DNA from: a virus
Reading direction: 5' to 3' (one strand)
Virus record (IMG/VR): IMGVR_UViG_2706796514_000001
Coordinates: 65,960-129,959 of that record
Length of the DNA: 64,000 nt
Part shown: positions 17,714-27,789 of the stretch, in pieces
How the letters are laid out: each line of letters opens with the position of its first letter
How positions within the stretch are numbered: position 1 is the first letter of the stretch
Translations under genes and position numbers: made by a program
The notes under the pieces: model-generated
Databases searched by the model: none
Told to the model about the DNA's origin: nothing
What the model saw: only the letters and a program-made list of their open reading frames with translations

Positions 17714-18571
17714 CTATTCGCTAAATGGAAAACTAATCTTACCAAGGTGTTCATAGTTTGTCAAGGTAAACTTATCTGTGTTTTCCAGTTCCATTATGTC
17801 TTCCCAAGTTTGAATACTCTCACAAATAGTTAGCTTGGGTTTACACTCAACATACCCCCGTTTCATCTGCATTGTAAAATTACCTATCTGGTCTTCATAG
17901 ATATGAGGTTGATTTATGACATGAGTTACCTTACCAACCTTGTTACCTGTAATACGAGCCATCAACTCTAACATAATCCAACACTCTTGAGTATTTGCTA
18001 CCAACCCAAGTGGTACATCACACGACCTCTGTGTTGCTGTCATATGCAGTTCTTCTCCTAGCAGATTGAACTGAATAGAGTGTAAGCAAGGGCGCAAGCA
18101 ACCTTCATCAAATTGGTCAGGCTTCCAGTAAGTAATAATCTCTCCTCGATCATCGATACCATCCTTTAAGTTATTATATACTTTTAAGAATTGATTTACT
18201 CCTCCAAAGTTATGACCAAAGTAACCATACACTTTACCTAACGAATCTTCACCTTCACGATTAGGGTTCTCTAACCAAGACTTATTAAGGTTAGCATTAG
18301 CATCCCAACTCTTTGTGCCAAGCTTTCGGAAATCTGCAGCGCTAGTCTTACCTTGCCAATAACCAAGTATTTCAGCTACCCCTAGTTTGAAAGGTGCTTG
18401 TCTAGATGTAATAATAGGAAAATTATCTGTACGTAAATCGTAGGTAAATATTACTGTTTCTCCAGTAAGGCACTTTTTACCAGTACGTTTATTCTCAACC
18501 CAAGTACCATCTTCTAATAAAGACTTACCTAAATCGTTATATTGCTTATCTACACTATTAATCAATACCAA
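17714..18571 (-). CDS. thyA: thymidylate synthase (ThyA type)
   Basis: LGKVYG, CLRPCLH, QRSCDVPLG and PHIYEDQ motifs; no intron seen. Confidence 0.95.
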   Translation of the reverse strand: MVLINSVDKQYNDLGKSLLEDGTWVENKRTGKKCLTGETVIFTYDLRTDNFPIITSRQAPFKLGVAEILGYWQGKTSAADFRKLGTKSWDANANLNKSWLENPNREGEDSLGKVYGYFGHNFGGVNQFLKVYNNLKDGIDDRGEIITYWKPDQFDEGCLRPCLHSIQFNLLGEELHMTATQRSCDVPLGLVANTQECWIMLELMARITGNKVGKVTHVINQPHIYEDQIGNFTMQMKRGYVECKPKLTICESIQTWEDIMELENTDKFTLTNYEHLGKISFPFSE

Positions 18572-18577
18572 TCTCCT

Positions 18578-19042
18578 TTAATCAAAACTACTTGAGCTGC
18601 CTGAGTCATAACTAGACGATGAAGAACTTGAACTGTAAGAATCGTAGTCACTACTGCTACTAGAACTCCCATAGCTACTATACCCCTCTGATGAAGATGT
18701 TCTACTGTTTCTACTAGCGTTATCTTCCATGATAGTCTCTATTGCGGACTTATAACTATCTGTTGAAGTATATCTTTGTGCCCCTTCAATAACCTCCTGT
18801 GAGGTGAAACCTTCATTCTTGAAATCCAAATCCTTTCGTTCATCAAAAGTCTCCAAACTAATAAGGTTATCTTCTTCATCAGTAACTAAATCTACTAGTA
18901 AATACCAGTACAGCCACTCATTAGTTTGTTCACAATAATACTCTCGTTGTCCTTTACGATAACGATACTTTGTGAAGTCACTCTTCTTATAAGTTTTCTT
19001 TTTAGGTTTCTTCTTGAATAATTTTAAAATCCAATCAAACAT
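18578..19042 (-). CDS. hypothetical protein with a Ser-rich tail
   Basis: 154 aa with a low-complexity S/D/Y C-terminus. Confidence 0.8.
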   Translation of the reverse strand: MFDWILKLFKKKPKKKTYKKSDFTKYRYRKGQREYYCEQTNEWLYWYLLVDLVTDEEDNLISLETFDERKDLDFKNEGFTSQEVIEGAQRYTSTDSYKSAIETIMEDNASRNSRTSSSEGYSSYGSSSSSSDYDSYSSSSSSSSYDSGSSSSFD

Positions 19043-19043
19043 G

Positions 19044-19277
19044 TTAATCTCCCAGTCCTCTTAAAACAATCATGGCTTCCTCTTCGTAACTACTTACACC
19101 GTACAGAGGATGTCCTTTAAACTCAAAACTTCTTGGTAAGCGTAGGATCATCTCTGCCTCAGAGGCATTCAGATACTCACAGATGTCTTTCCAATAGTAC
19201 CAAGTATCTTCTGTTTCAGAATATAACACCGTTTCACCACAGTGAACAGCATACGAAATGAAATCTCTAGGTGACAT
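19044..19277 (-). CDS. hypothetical protein
   Basis: 77-aa ORF in operon. Confidence 0.75.
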   Translation of the reverse strand: MSPRDFISYAVHCGETVLYSETEDTWYYWKDICEYLNASEAEMILRLPRSFEFKGHPLYGVSSYEEEAMIVLRGLGD

Positions 19278-19474
19278 TAGTTTACCTCTACTACACCTGC
19301 ATTTTCTGCCTCAGCTAGAAATAAAGCTACTAAATCAATAGCCTCCTGTATTTTCCTAGCCTCCTGATCATCTTCAATAAGTTTAAAAGGGCAAATATAC
19401 CCTCCGTCAAATATATCATAGTACGGGTCTGATGTACAAACAATATCATCCTCTAGAAAAGTTTTAAATTTCAT
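19277..19474 (-). CDS. hypothetical protein
   Basis: 65-aa ORF in operon. Confidence 0.75.
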   Translation of the reverse strand: MKFKTFLEDDIVCTSDPYYDIFDGGYICPFKLIEDDQEARKIQEAIDLVALFLAEAENAGVVEVN

Positions 19475-19476
19475 AC

Positions 19477-19710
19477 CTAATCTCCATTTCGAACAGTGTT
19501 TTGTCGTGTGTGAATAAAGTTATCTTTACCACCGTATTGACTACTAGCCACAACACCACTTCGGTTCCAAGGGTAGTTGCTGAATCCACAAGAGCTAAGA
19601 CGTTCTTCCTCAGTATAACCATTAATCCATGCAGCAGATGAGTTTGCCTTGTAAGATTCTTGATTACGGTAAGCTAATTCACCTTGTTTAAATTGTTCAC
19701 ATCGTTCCAT
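19477..19710 (-). CDS. hypothetical protein
   Basis: 77-aa ORF with AAGGAG SD. Confidence 0.7.
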   Translation of the reverse strand: MERCEQFKQGELAYRNQESYKANSSAAWINGYTEEERLSSCGFSNYPWNRSGVVASSQYGGKDNFIHTRQNTVRNGD

Positions 19711-19876
19711 ATTATTCTCCTTTCTTAATTAAAACTAAACCTTCATCTACAATGTATTGTGCCACAGCAGTACTACTTTTGCAACGTTTAATTACCTTGT
19801 TGCTTGCAACAGAGATGATTTCTGTCAGTCCAAGAGTACTCTTCTTGAGGTAGATTTCTTTGTTCATTGTATTCTC

Positions 19877-20773
19877 CTATTTAAACGGTTTAATCTTTCC
19901 AGACAATTTACCTTGTTTGAAGCTATTGTACAAGTAGTTTTTACCTAAACTCTTATAATAACCCAACGCTTCATCATAATTCTCCCAAGCAAAGTCTCTC
20001 CACCAACCAGATGTTATACTTGTACACACCTTCATTAAAGCATAACGGAACATCTTATCTGCATCAGGGTTAAACTTGTTTGGGATAAGACTACGCTCTA
20101 AAGTCAAAACCATAGCTTCCTCTACCACACTTAGAAGTTGTATGTAATAAGGTTGCTGGTAGAACATCTCCTTAGAGCAGTAAACTTCTTTATCGTCAGG
20201 TTTAAAATACGTGTAAGCAGGTTTACCTAGAATACGAATAGCTTCGTGTAAAGAATCGTGGTCATACTCATAAGGTATCCCGTCATCCGCAAAGAAAGCA
20301 TCCTTACTGACATCTAAACTAGGGTGGTTGTAATCGTAAGTTTCCTTTACACGCAAGTCGTAGAACTCCTGTAAGTACTCAGGTATCTCGTCAGAACACA
20401 GATACTCCCGTAGCGCTTTTATATGATCCATGGTTTTACGGAAGTGCGGTGAGTTCTTTTTGAACCTATGTGACATCTTTAAAGTATACAATACTTCTGG
20501 TGGAGCCATAACCTTCCCGTTTAAACTATTTAACACCTTTTGTAACAAATGACCACTACTTCCTTCCCAAGAGATCTCCCACTCTACCTTAGATTTATCT
20601 TGTAAAATAATAAGATTACTATTGGCAGACGTAGGTGTAACACTGATAACCTTGTTATTCTCTATGTAACGTTGCATTTCTTCATATGAACCAATAATAT
20701 CGGTATCAGATGGTTTATAGTCATCTCCAAACACTCCATGAACCATTGCTGATACACTACCAATAATAATCAT
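19877..20773 (-). CDS. conserved phage protein with a nucleotidyltransferase-like N-terminus
   Basis: IIIGS...SDTDII resembles the pol-beta-type GS/DxD motif. Confidence 0.6.
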   Translation of the reverse strand: MIIIGSVSAMVHGVFGDDYKPSDTDIIGSYEEMQRYIENNKVISVTPTSANSNLIILQDKSKVEWEISWEGSSGHLLQKVLNSLNGKVMAPPEVLYTLKMSHRFKKNSPHFRKTMDHIKALREYLCSDEIPEYLQEFYDLRVKETYDYNHPSLDVSKDAFFADDGIPYEYDHDSLHEAIRILGKPAYTYFKPDDKEVYCSKEMFYQQPYYIQLLSVVEEAMVLTLERSLIPNKFNPDADKMFRYALMKVCTSITSGWWRDFAWENYDEALGYYKSLGKNYLYNSFKQGKLSGKIKPFK

Positions 20774-20787
20774 AATTCACTCCTTTA

Positions 20788-21147
20788 TTAACAGCGACTC
20801 TCGTACCATTCATCAAGATCTTCTGGGGTATCTAATAACACTACCTCAGAAACATACCCTGATAACACAGTACCTTTTGCAAGAGCATTAACCTTTGTCA
20901 CGTGAGCATTTAACTCTTTGACAGCATCATTCCACTCAACCAAGGCTTCTTCTAGTTCAGCAGGTACTTCACCTACTTTGAAGTATTCTTCTATTTCATC
21001 ATACTCTAATGCCATGGTATCGTTATCATTATCTTTGATTCTCACTTCCCATTTATCAAAAGACAACACTTGGTACTTCTCCCCTACAGTAAGGTAGTTC
21101 TTAGGTTTAACTAATTCTAACTCAACACCTTGTAAAATCTTATTCAT
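20788..21147 (-). CDS. hypothetical protein
   Basis: 119-aa ORF with AGGAG SD, behind a promoter. Confidence 0.8.
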   Translation of the reverse strand: MNKILQGVELELVKPKNYLTVGEKYQVLSFDKWEVRIKDNDNDTMALEYDEIEEYFKVGEVPAELEEALVEWNDAVKELNAHVTKVNALAKGTVLSGYVSEVVLLDTPEDLDEWYESRC

Positions 21148-21196
21148 AACAATTCTCCTATACTAAGAAACAGAAAATCCCGTCTCCATGAAGTGA

Positions 21197-21225
21197 ATAA
21201 TACCCTCATAGAAACGGGTTGTCAA
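21197..21225 (-). promoter_or_regulatory. sigma70-type promoter inside an inverted repeat
   Basis: TTGACA-17-TATTAT; 14-bp imperfect inverted repeat at 21179-21192 / 21205-21218. Confidence 0.7.
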
Positions 21226-21738
21226 CTAACTATTTAAACTATTTACATAAGCCTGCGTGTACAACTGTACAAGCTCTCTTTTATCACCTTGAGAATCTAT
21301 ACCATAATCGGATAACAACATCACACGGATATCCTCCTTAAGCAAACGGTTGACCTTCTTACGGAAGTCTTCCATAAACTTATGGTGGTACTTCTGGTCA
21401 GAGTTATCCTGTTTTAGGTAGGCTCCCATATTAATAAGGAAATCTTCAAAGGTGATATTGTACTTCTCACCAACCTTCATCCTTTTGAACAAAGATAAAA
21501 ACCTACCTTCTAAAGTATTAGCCTCTGAGCACAAGACACCCCTCACCTTACCGTTAGTATGACAGTGGTCGAGACAACCTGTATCAATAGGATACTTTGT
21601 GATAGCACATAAACCTTGCTGCAAGGCTAACATCTCCTCACGGAAAGATTTAACCTGTGCAGCATTACGTAACCACTTATCATCCAAGGTTACCCCTTTA
21701 GCAGGAGTTTTCATCTTCTTACGTTTTCTTGTTCTCAT
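21226..21738 (-). CDS. endonuclease VII-family nuclease
   Basis: CAIT...CLDHCHTNGKVRGVLCSEAN motif. Confidence 0.85.
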   Translation of the reverse strand: MRTRKRKKMKTPAKGVTLDDKWLRNAAQVKSFREEMLALQQGLCAITKYPIDTGCLDHCHTNGKVRGVLCSEANTLEGRFLSLFKRMKVGEKYNITFEDFLINMGAYLKQDNSDQKYHHKFMEDFRKKVNRLLKEDIRVMLLSDYGIDSQGDKRELVQLYTQAYVNSLNS

Positions 21739-22373
21739 AGTTTACCTATGTAAGCTTTACCTATGTAGTAAGCATCAGGGATATCATGAGCTCCAGTATG
21801 AACCCTTTTGGATGAGGTTGTGTAACCTTCTAGTAACCAAGAATGTTCAGTGTTCTCCAGTGCTTTCTTAATCCACTTCTTCTCCTTCATCGGATTGAGC
21901 TTAGCCTTTTTAGATTTAAGATAAATAACTTCACCTTGTTTATCACGAGCAACTTGGTCACCCTCAGGTAAATCCTTCCTTGCTATAGCTTTCACTTCTG
22001 TAGGTGTAACCGTGATAATATCCTCTGACGATAAAAAGCCTTCTTCACACAGAGAGGTTGTTATGTGATAAAACAACCCACCTAACTGAAACACCCTATC
22101 ACCTTTTGCACCAAAAGCCAAACCTTCAAATACAAGCTTATCTGGTTGGTGTTTCAAGAAGAAATCCTTGTAACCTTGTTTCACATACATCAATTGGTCT
22201 TGGACGGTATCGAAATACTTACCGAATAGTTTACCCTTGTTGGAATCGTTGTTTGCGCCTGTGTGCAATACTAACCTATCCACGGGAATGCCATCTTCAA
22301 AAACCACTATTGCGAAATTAGAGTAAGATTGATCGTTAGCAAATATCTTCAAATTAACCCTCTCCAAATTCAT
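21735..22373 (-). CDS. RuvC-like Holliday junction resolvase
   Basis: IFANDQSYSNFAIVVF, VFEGLAFG, VTPTEVK and DIPDAYYIG motifs. Confidence 0.75.
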   Translation of the reverse strand: MNLERVNLKIFANDQSYSNFAIVVFEDGIPVDRLVLHTGANNDSNKGKLFGKYFDTVQDQLMYVKQGYKDFFLKHQPDKLVFEGLAFGAKGDRVFQLGGLFYHITTSLCEEGFLSSEDIITVTPTEVKAIARKDLPEGDQVARDKQGEVIYLKSKKAKLNPMKEKKWIKKALENTEHSWLLEGYTTSSKRVHTGAHDIPDAYYIGKAYIGKL

Positions 22374-22535
22374 GATTGGTGATATTTGCTACTACTAGCT
22401 GGTCACTACTATAATAGAACAGGGTACCTTCTTCCAATGATATTGGATAAATACACTCCCCGTCCATATAGATAGTCTTACGTAACTCAATAGCTTCTGT
22501 TATAAGTTGTTCTTTGTTATTCATAGTGTTTCCCT

Positions 22536-23204
22536 TTATAGTATAAGTTGCGGCTCTTTAAAGAAACCTTTTGGTTTAACTACCTTTGCTACAGGGTAAG
22601 CTTTCTTGTTCTCAACATCATATCCCGCTGTGAACACGTAAACCTCTTTTCCACAAGTCATCTTTGCCACAGAGTATTCAATCTCTGAGTAACGACCTTG
22701 TGATTCAATATCAAATGCAATGGTATCAGGATCATCTACTAACTCAACAGGTACATACTTTGATAGATTACTCTCTGAGATGTTGTACAAGTTGTGGATA
22801 GTATCACCTTCCATTAAGTAAGCTAAATCCTCCAGTGTACCCAATAGGTTAAGGTAATCCTCATTAAGAAGGTAAGTCACTGCCTCCCCAACAAGGGTAT
22901 TCTGGGACTTGTTATCGTGGTTTATGTACTTAGGTGCGTCTTGTAACAGAGTGGTATCCCCATCTTGACACATAACCGCAAAGCTGGAGACTATAATACC
23001 ATCTATAACACCATCCACAAATTCAATACTATCAGAGGTAATCTTCGCAATAATCATCTCTTTAACTTCTTCGGTAACTAAACCCTTCTGTGAGTCAAGA
23101 GATTCTGATGATAAAGTTTTACCTGCAATAGTGTTAAACTCATAAGTAGACTTATATAGTGATAATAACGCTGCTGATAATTGCTCTTTGTTAGGTCGTT
23201 TCAT
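22536..23204 (-). CDS. MazG-like NTP pyrophosphohydrolase (all-alpha)
   Basis: LVTEEVKE...EFVDGVID...ISESNLSK pattern. Confidence 0.6.
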   Translation of the reverse strand: MKRPNKEQLSAALLSLYKSTYEFNTIAGKTLSSESLDSQKGLVTEEVKEMIIAKITSDSIEFVDGVIDGIIVSSFAVMCQDGDTTLLQDAPKYINHDNKSQNTLVGEAVTYLLNEDYLNLLGTLEDLAYLMEGDTIHNLYNISESNLSKYVPVELVDDPDTIAFDIESQGRYSEIEYSVAKMTCGKEVYVFTAGYDVENKKAYPVAKVVKPKGFFKEPQLIL

Positions 23205-23515
23205 AAATTCATTTCCTTCTCTAAAATAGTTAACATATAATCTTTCAACTCTTGTACGTTAATTGTTGTTAATTGAGAGCAATGTTTCCTCTCACCAAAA
23301 TCAGCTAAGCTTTCATTAGTGTTATCATTCTTCTCCTTGAAATGTTCCAGCATCTTCTTGAGAGCTTTGTACTCAGATAAACCTTCTTGTTTAGGTGGTT
23401 TACATGGTGGCATAGGTGTGCCTGTTGAAGATGGAGGTAAACCTAGACACGGCATATAACCACCACAGTTATCTGTTAGTCTACAGTTTCTGCAACCACA
23501 TTTATCTTTCTTCAT
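23201..23515 (-). CDS. hypothetical Cys/Pro-rich protein
   Basis: 104-aa ORF, coupled. Confidence 0.7.
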   Translation of the reverse strand: MKKDKCGCRNCRLTDNCGGYMPCLGLPPSSTGTPMPPCKPPKQEGLSEYKALKKMLEHFKEKNDNTNESLADFGERKHCSQLTTINVQELKDYMLTILEKEMNL

Positions 23516-23805
23516 AAACCACCCACCATAACAGTGGACCCTATCAACCTACCAATAAATTCTTTTTCCGAAATTAACTCTTCATTAAAAGAATACTCGT
23601 AGTTAGAGCGATCCCATCCATCTGGGTCAAGTATAACTAGTTCAGGACAGAGAGTCTCTTTCCAATCAGCACTAGTCATCAACAGTGGACGTTTTAAGTG
23701 GTAATTTATACAAGGTTTAACTTCCTTACCTTGGATAGTTACCCTTACCTCCTCGGGATTGTAAACCTTAGTCATAATGTTTCCTATCAGGTAAAGTTCC
23801 ATCAT
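23512..23805 (-). CDS. hypothetical protein
   Basis: 97-aa ORF. Confidence 0.7.
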   Translation of the reverse strand: MMELYLIGNIMTKVYNPEEVRVTIQGKEVKPCINYHLKRPLLMTSADWKETLCPELVILDPDGWDRSNYEYSFNEELISEKEFIGRLIGSTVMVGGL

Positions 23806-23900
23806 GTATTTTCTTAGATAACTCTACCGAGAAAAGTACTGCCGCAAAATACATTAATGGGTGGCCTATACAGTTATGCACAAACCAGTTTTTATATAAT

Positions 23901-24230
23901 CTACTCATAAATCACCTTAACCACTTCACGAGGAAACACCTCTGATACCTCAGACAACTTCGGCATAGCTAAGTACATATCTGCTGCACAATTATCACCT
24001 GTGATGTGGTAGCCAAACGTCTTAAAGTAGCGCTCCTCGTTGTCGATAGTTACCTTGTGTACATAACTACGTACATCATACCAACGATGTTCTGATTCTG
24101 TATCAGATTGTACAACACCTTCTGATAAGCATTCAATAAACGTTTCGTGCAAGTCTTCTTGGTCATCAGTAGAGTAACCATGCTTATCAGCGTAGTCTAC
24201 CGTGTGGTCCAGTAGTGTCTTATTCGTCAT
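23901..24230 (-). CDS. hypothetical protein
   Basis: 109-aa ORF. Confidence 0.8.
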   Translation of the reverse strand: MTNKTLLDHTVDYADKHGYSTDDQEDLHETFIECLSEGVVQSDTESEHRWYDVRSYVHKVTIDNEERYFKTFGYHITGDNCAADMYLAMPKLSEVSEVFPREVVKVIYE

Positions 24231-25785
24231 TAGTAGTATCCTTTGTTACAGTACGTATTTCGCCAGTCTTTTTGTTTCGTTGAACAGTGACGTACATCTT
24301 ACCAAGTAAGCCTTCTTTAATCAACTTAATCTTATCTTCTGCCGAAGCGTGTTTACCTACAACGTCATCTTTCTTAAGCGACTTATAAGCTTTAAAATCC
24401 TCTGCTAGTGTATCATCTAGAGAGTTGACCACAGACTTAGTGAGTTCTTCTGCACCTTCGGTATTAAACACTTCATAAGGTGGTGTCCATTCATTGTTGT
24501 TGACAATGGCAGAAGTATCTACTTTAAAAGCTTTACATAGCTTATAGAAGTCCATCTTGTCATTAGCTGATCGTGTCATATAGGCCACCAAGAAGTATGT
24601 ATTCATATACGTCATAGTATCTACGTCTAAATCTTCTCCTTTGTGAGAGGTGTACTGTATACCGTAAGGGAAGAATTCCGAGTACAAATCAACAGATTTC
24701 TGTAAAACCTCTTTAGGTGTTTTTAGCTCTGAAAAATCCTTGTAAGCCTGTACATCACCGTAATTAGTTTTATAATCTTTAAGATGTTTTAGTGCAAAGT
24801 ACGAATCTGCGCTGTCTCCGATTAAAAAAGCCTGTGAAATCAACCACTTAAGACCATGTCCACGAAGTTCTTTCTTACTTGTAACTATTAAATCTAAACC
24901 CCCTACACTTGTGGATGTATCCTCTACAACCCAAGCCTGAGGGTATTTGAATTTACCTCGGTTCGGATTATCTTTACCTGAGTGTACCCCAAAGGATGTA
25001 AGAATTTTCGGGTTTGAAAAAGCATCTTTATCTTCGCAGCAAAGAATATAAGGAGCGACCCCTGTTTTCTTATAAACCTTCCACGATTCGTTTGCATACC
25101 ATTCAACCCAATCATCATTTTCATAACCTTCTGGTGCCAATTCTCCTCCTAATACATCTAAAACCCACTGTCTAGCTCGTTTAAGTAGAATAGGTCGTAA
25201 AGGGGAGCGAGTACCTTTGTAAGGTTTAACTAAGTCCAGATCGTCCCTAAAGGATTTACCTTCACCGATACAAAACTTTATCTTATCAATACCAAATTGT
25301 TGACGTAAAGATTTAAGCTTTGTTCTTATAATTATTTGTACCTGCTCAAAGGCTTTTTCTTCTGTATGGTAATTAAGACGACTGCACTGAGTTACCTCAA
25401 AATCCTCTGCTGTAAATAAAGGTAAACCTTTGGCCTCCCGTTTTACGTTCTCTACCCCTAACCAACTATCTACAGATATATTCTTACCAGCCCCTTTAAA
25501 TTTAGTTATACCATCTAACTCAACTTCAAAATCTTCCTCCTTGTGTTTACATACAATATAGAGGCTTTCTACAGAAGAACAAGATTTCCATACAACACCA
25601 TCACCGTCCAGTACTAATTGTGTATTCTTATCTGTTATTGTAGCTAAATCTTTAACCTGTATCTCAGGGAATAGTTTATTATCTGAATCATCTCGTACAA
25701 AAACCTTTTCTTGTACCTCGTTATCTTCTTCTACTTTAGATGTACGACCTACGTACACATCACCAAATGCGTTTTCAAAACTCAT
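24220..25785 (-). CDS. 5'-3' exonuclease (PIN/FEN-like)
   Basis: LVLDGDG, GEGKSFRDDL..YKGTR, ENDD, EDKD and GDSADSY acidic motifs. Confidence 0.75.
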   Translation of the reverse strand: MSFENAFGDVYVGRTSKVEEDNEVQEKVFVRDDSDNKLFPEIQVKDLATITDKNTQLVLDGDGVVWKSCSSVESLYIVCKHKEEDFEVELDGITKFKGAGKNISVDSWLGVENVKREAKGLPLFTAEDFEVTQCSRLNYHTEEKAFEQVQIIIRTKLKSLRQQFGIDKIKFCIGEGKSFRDDLDLVKPYKGTRSPLRPILLKRARQWVLDVLGGELAPEGYENDDWVEWYANESWKVYKKTGVAPYILCCEDKDAFSNPKILTSFGVHSGKDNPNRGKFKYPQAWVVEDTSTSVGGLDLIVTSKKELRGHGLKWLISQAFLIGDSADSYFALKHLKDYKTNYGDVQAYKDFSELKTPKEVLQKSVDLYSEFFPYGIQYTSHKGEDLDVDTMTYMNTYFLVAYMTRSANDKMDFYKLCKAFKVDTSAIVNNNEWTPPYEVFNTEGAEELTKSVVNSLDDTLAEDFKAYKSLKKDDVVGKHASAEDKIKLIKEGLLGKMYVTVQRNKKTGEIRTVTKDTTNDE

Positions 25786-26525
25786 AATTCCTCCTCATAA
25801 TCTTCTGGGAAGTTTAACTTTGCAAATTCACCAAACTCCTTATACACCATTTTGTCATAAAACTTTGCTGCTTCGACCGCGCTACCGAAACCGCTCTCCT
25901 TGCAACCACTATCGTTTATAGTCCAAGAAGCTGAGTAACAATTACCTTTATGTATCACACCTTTGTAACCTGACTCTGCCCATTTAATAGTATTGCGGGC
26001 GTTCTCTTGTGGTGTTGCTAATCTTAAGTTATTAATACGGTTGTCACTACGGTCACCATTTATATGGTCAATACCATAAGGGGGATCTTCTCCATAAACC
26101 ATCTTCCAAATAACCCTGTGTGCCTTCATTAACCTTTTATCTATACGAAGATCAGTGTAACCGTTGCCAGCTAAGTGTCCTGCTAATACACCCTCGTATC
26201 TAGTTTTAAAGTATGAGTAGGATCTCTTAGAATCGAAGGCAGATTCCTCCCTTGGTTTCCAGAACAAACACCCTGTTTCAGGTTCGTATTTTAATATAGA
26301 TTTTAAATACTCTACGGAAGGCAAGGGCTTACCTTTATTATAAGTTTCATTGTACTTATCTTTGTCAGGTCTTTTTCTCCAAGCTCTTGTCCTCTCCCGC
26401 TTACAACTTAGACACTGCCCAGAATTAGTCTCCCTCTCGTCAACGTGGCCTTTAATACAAAGAGCTCCAGTAAAATATCTAATTAAACCTGCCTCTAAAG
26501 CCTCTTTCCTCTCTATAATCTCCAC
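25782..26525 (-). CDS. HNH homing endonuclease with an AP2-like C-terminus
   Basis: AHRVIW...IDHINGDRSDNRINNLRLATPQEN, then GYKGV...AAKFYD. Confidence 0.9.
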   Translation of the reverse strand: MEIIERKEALEAGLIRYFTGALCIKGHVDERETNSGQCLSCKRERTRAWRKRPDKDKYNETYNKGKPLPSVEYLKSILKYEPETGCLFWKPREESAFDSKRSYSYFKTRYEGVLAGHLAGNGYTDLRIDKRLMKAHRVIWKMVYGEDPPYGIDHINGDRSDNRINNLRLATPQENARNTIKWAESGYKGVIHKGNCYSASWTINDSGCKESGFGSAVEAAKFYDKMVYKEFGEFAKLNFPEDYEEEL

Positions 26526-26528
26526 AAA

Positions 26529-26732
26529 TCAATCACCTCCAATCTCACCAAAAACATAATCCCCTGCACGTTTCAACTTCTCCCATTGAGACTTACTCAG
26601 AGCATGTAACTCTACCTTGTAACCTTCTTCCTTATAGGATATCGAAAGTCCTGTGATACAATCACTCTCTTCTACCAAAATAACCCCGTCCTCTAAGGGT
26701 AGTTTTACGCTAACCATAAATTCAAAACTCAT
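26529..26732 (-). CDS. hypothetical protein
   Basis: ORF with GAGGAGG SD. Confidence 0.7.
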   Translation of the reverse strand: MSFEFMVSVKLPLEDGVILVEESDCITGLSISYKEEGYKVELHALSKSQWEKLKRAGDYVFGEIGGD

Positions 26733-26916
26733 AACACCTCCTCTCATTCAAAATAATCCTCTACACCCAAACTATTTAGTTCTTCCTGTGTAGACTCTAT
26801 ATCACTACGTAAATCCGCAACGTCATCCAACAACCACACTAACCTAGATTCCATTTCTTCAAGAGATTCCTCTAGTGCTACTTTGTCTCTCAAATAATCT
26901 TCATAAGCATCTTCGT

Positions 26917-27183
26917 TCACAACAACTCCTCTCGCAAAATAGAAACCATCTCCTCCTTAAAACTACTTGCTGCAATAGACTCCTCTACAGTAGCGTAACA
27001 ACTAGCACAAGTAGGGTAACTCTCCAACCTTGCTATCACCTGCTTGATACGAGCTTCCTGTTCATCCCAAGCATCTTGGGCAGCTAGATATTTCTCTTGA
27101 TAGCAACCATCATAGTCAGCGTAATCTTGTGCATCGAACCACTTATCAAAGTCCACGATACCACTCCTTAGTGTAGTTATCAC
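26917..27183 (-). CDS. hypothetical protein
   Basis: 88-aa ORF; start uncertain. Confidence 0.65.
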   Translation of the reverse strand: MITTLRSGIVDFDKWFDAQDYADYDGCYQEKYLAAQDAWDEQEARIKQVIARLESYPTCASCYATVEESIAASSFKEEMVSILREELL

Positions 27184-27228
27184 TGCTGTGATAGTAGTTG
27201 TTCATTAGTAATATAAAATTCTTCATAA

Positions 27229-27696
27229 TTAGTTATCCTTGTAGTCGATAGTTTTGCACAACAGAGATAGTTTCCGTGTTAATGGGTTTTCTGTTAACAT
27301 AGTAAACATCTTCTTTAACATAGGCACTACTTTTGAGAATACGCCTTTCTTACTTAACCAGCCCAATATAAGTGTGATAATTAAAAGAGGTATGACTACA
27401 AACACGATTACCATTGTAGCCACCATCCCAAACATAATAATTAAACTTAAAACAGAAGGTAAGTTAGTGGTGTGCACAAACAAGTCGATATCACTGATTA
27501 AAAAGGTTAAAGCAAAACCAACTCCTGTTAAAAATAAACCTATTATGAAAGTGTACGCTACATGCCACAAGCCACTCACCACACCAGCTAAGAACAACCC
27601 GCATGAAGTAGTTGGTTTTGGTACAATATTCTTTTCTATGAACCAGAAACTATTCTGAATCATCTTAACTATTAAACTATTAGATTTTATTTTCAT
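27229..27696 (-). CDS. membrane protein
   Basis: several hydrophobic helices; likely start MKIKSN with GGAGG SD. Confidence 0.75.
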   Translation of the reverse strand: MKIKSNSLIVKMIQNSFWFIEKNIVPKPTTSCGLFLAGVVSGLWHVAYTFIIGLFLTGVGFALTFLISDIDLFVHTTNLPSVLSLIIMFGMVATMVIVFVVIPLLIITLILGWLSKKGVFSKVVPMLKKMFTMLTENPLTRKLSLLCKTIDYKDN

Positions 27697-27789
27697 ATTA
27701 AACCTCCGTAGCAGAGAAATCATCTTGTTGCACATTGTAACAACTCTCATCACAGTGTGCAACCTTTATTTTAAACTATTAACCTATCA

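Noticed and set aside
13321-18571. Introns or inteins in nrdA, nrdB or thyA
   Set aside because: All three are uninterrupted and of normal or compact length; the extra part of nrdB is a glutaredoxin.
18578-18760. Ser-rich repeat as a functional repeat locus
   Set aside because: It is ordinary low-complexity coding sequence with no exact DNA repeat unit.
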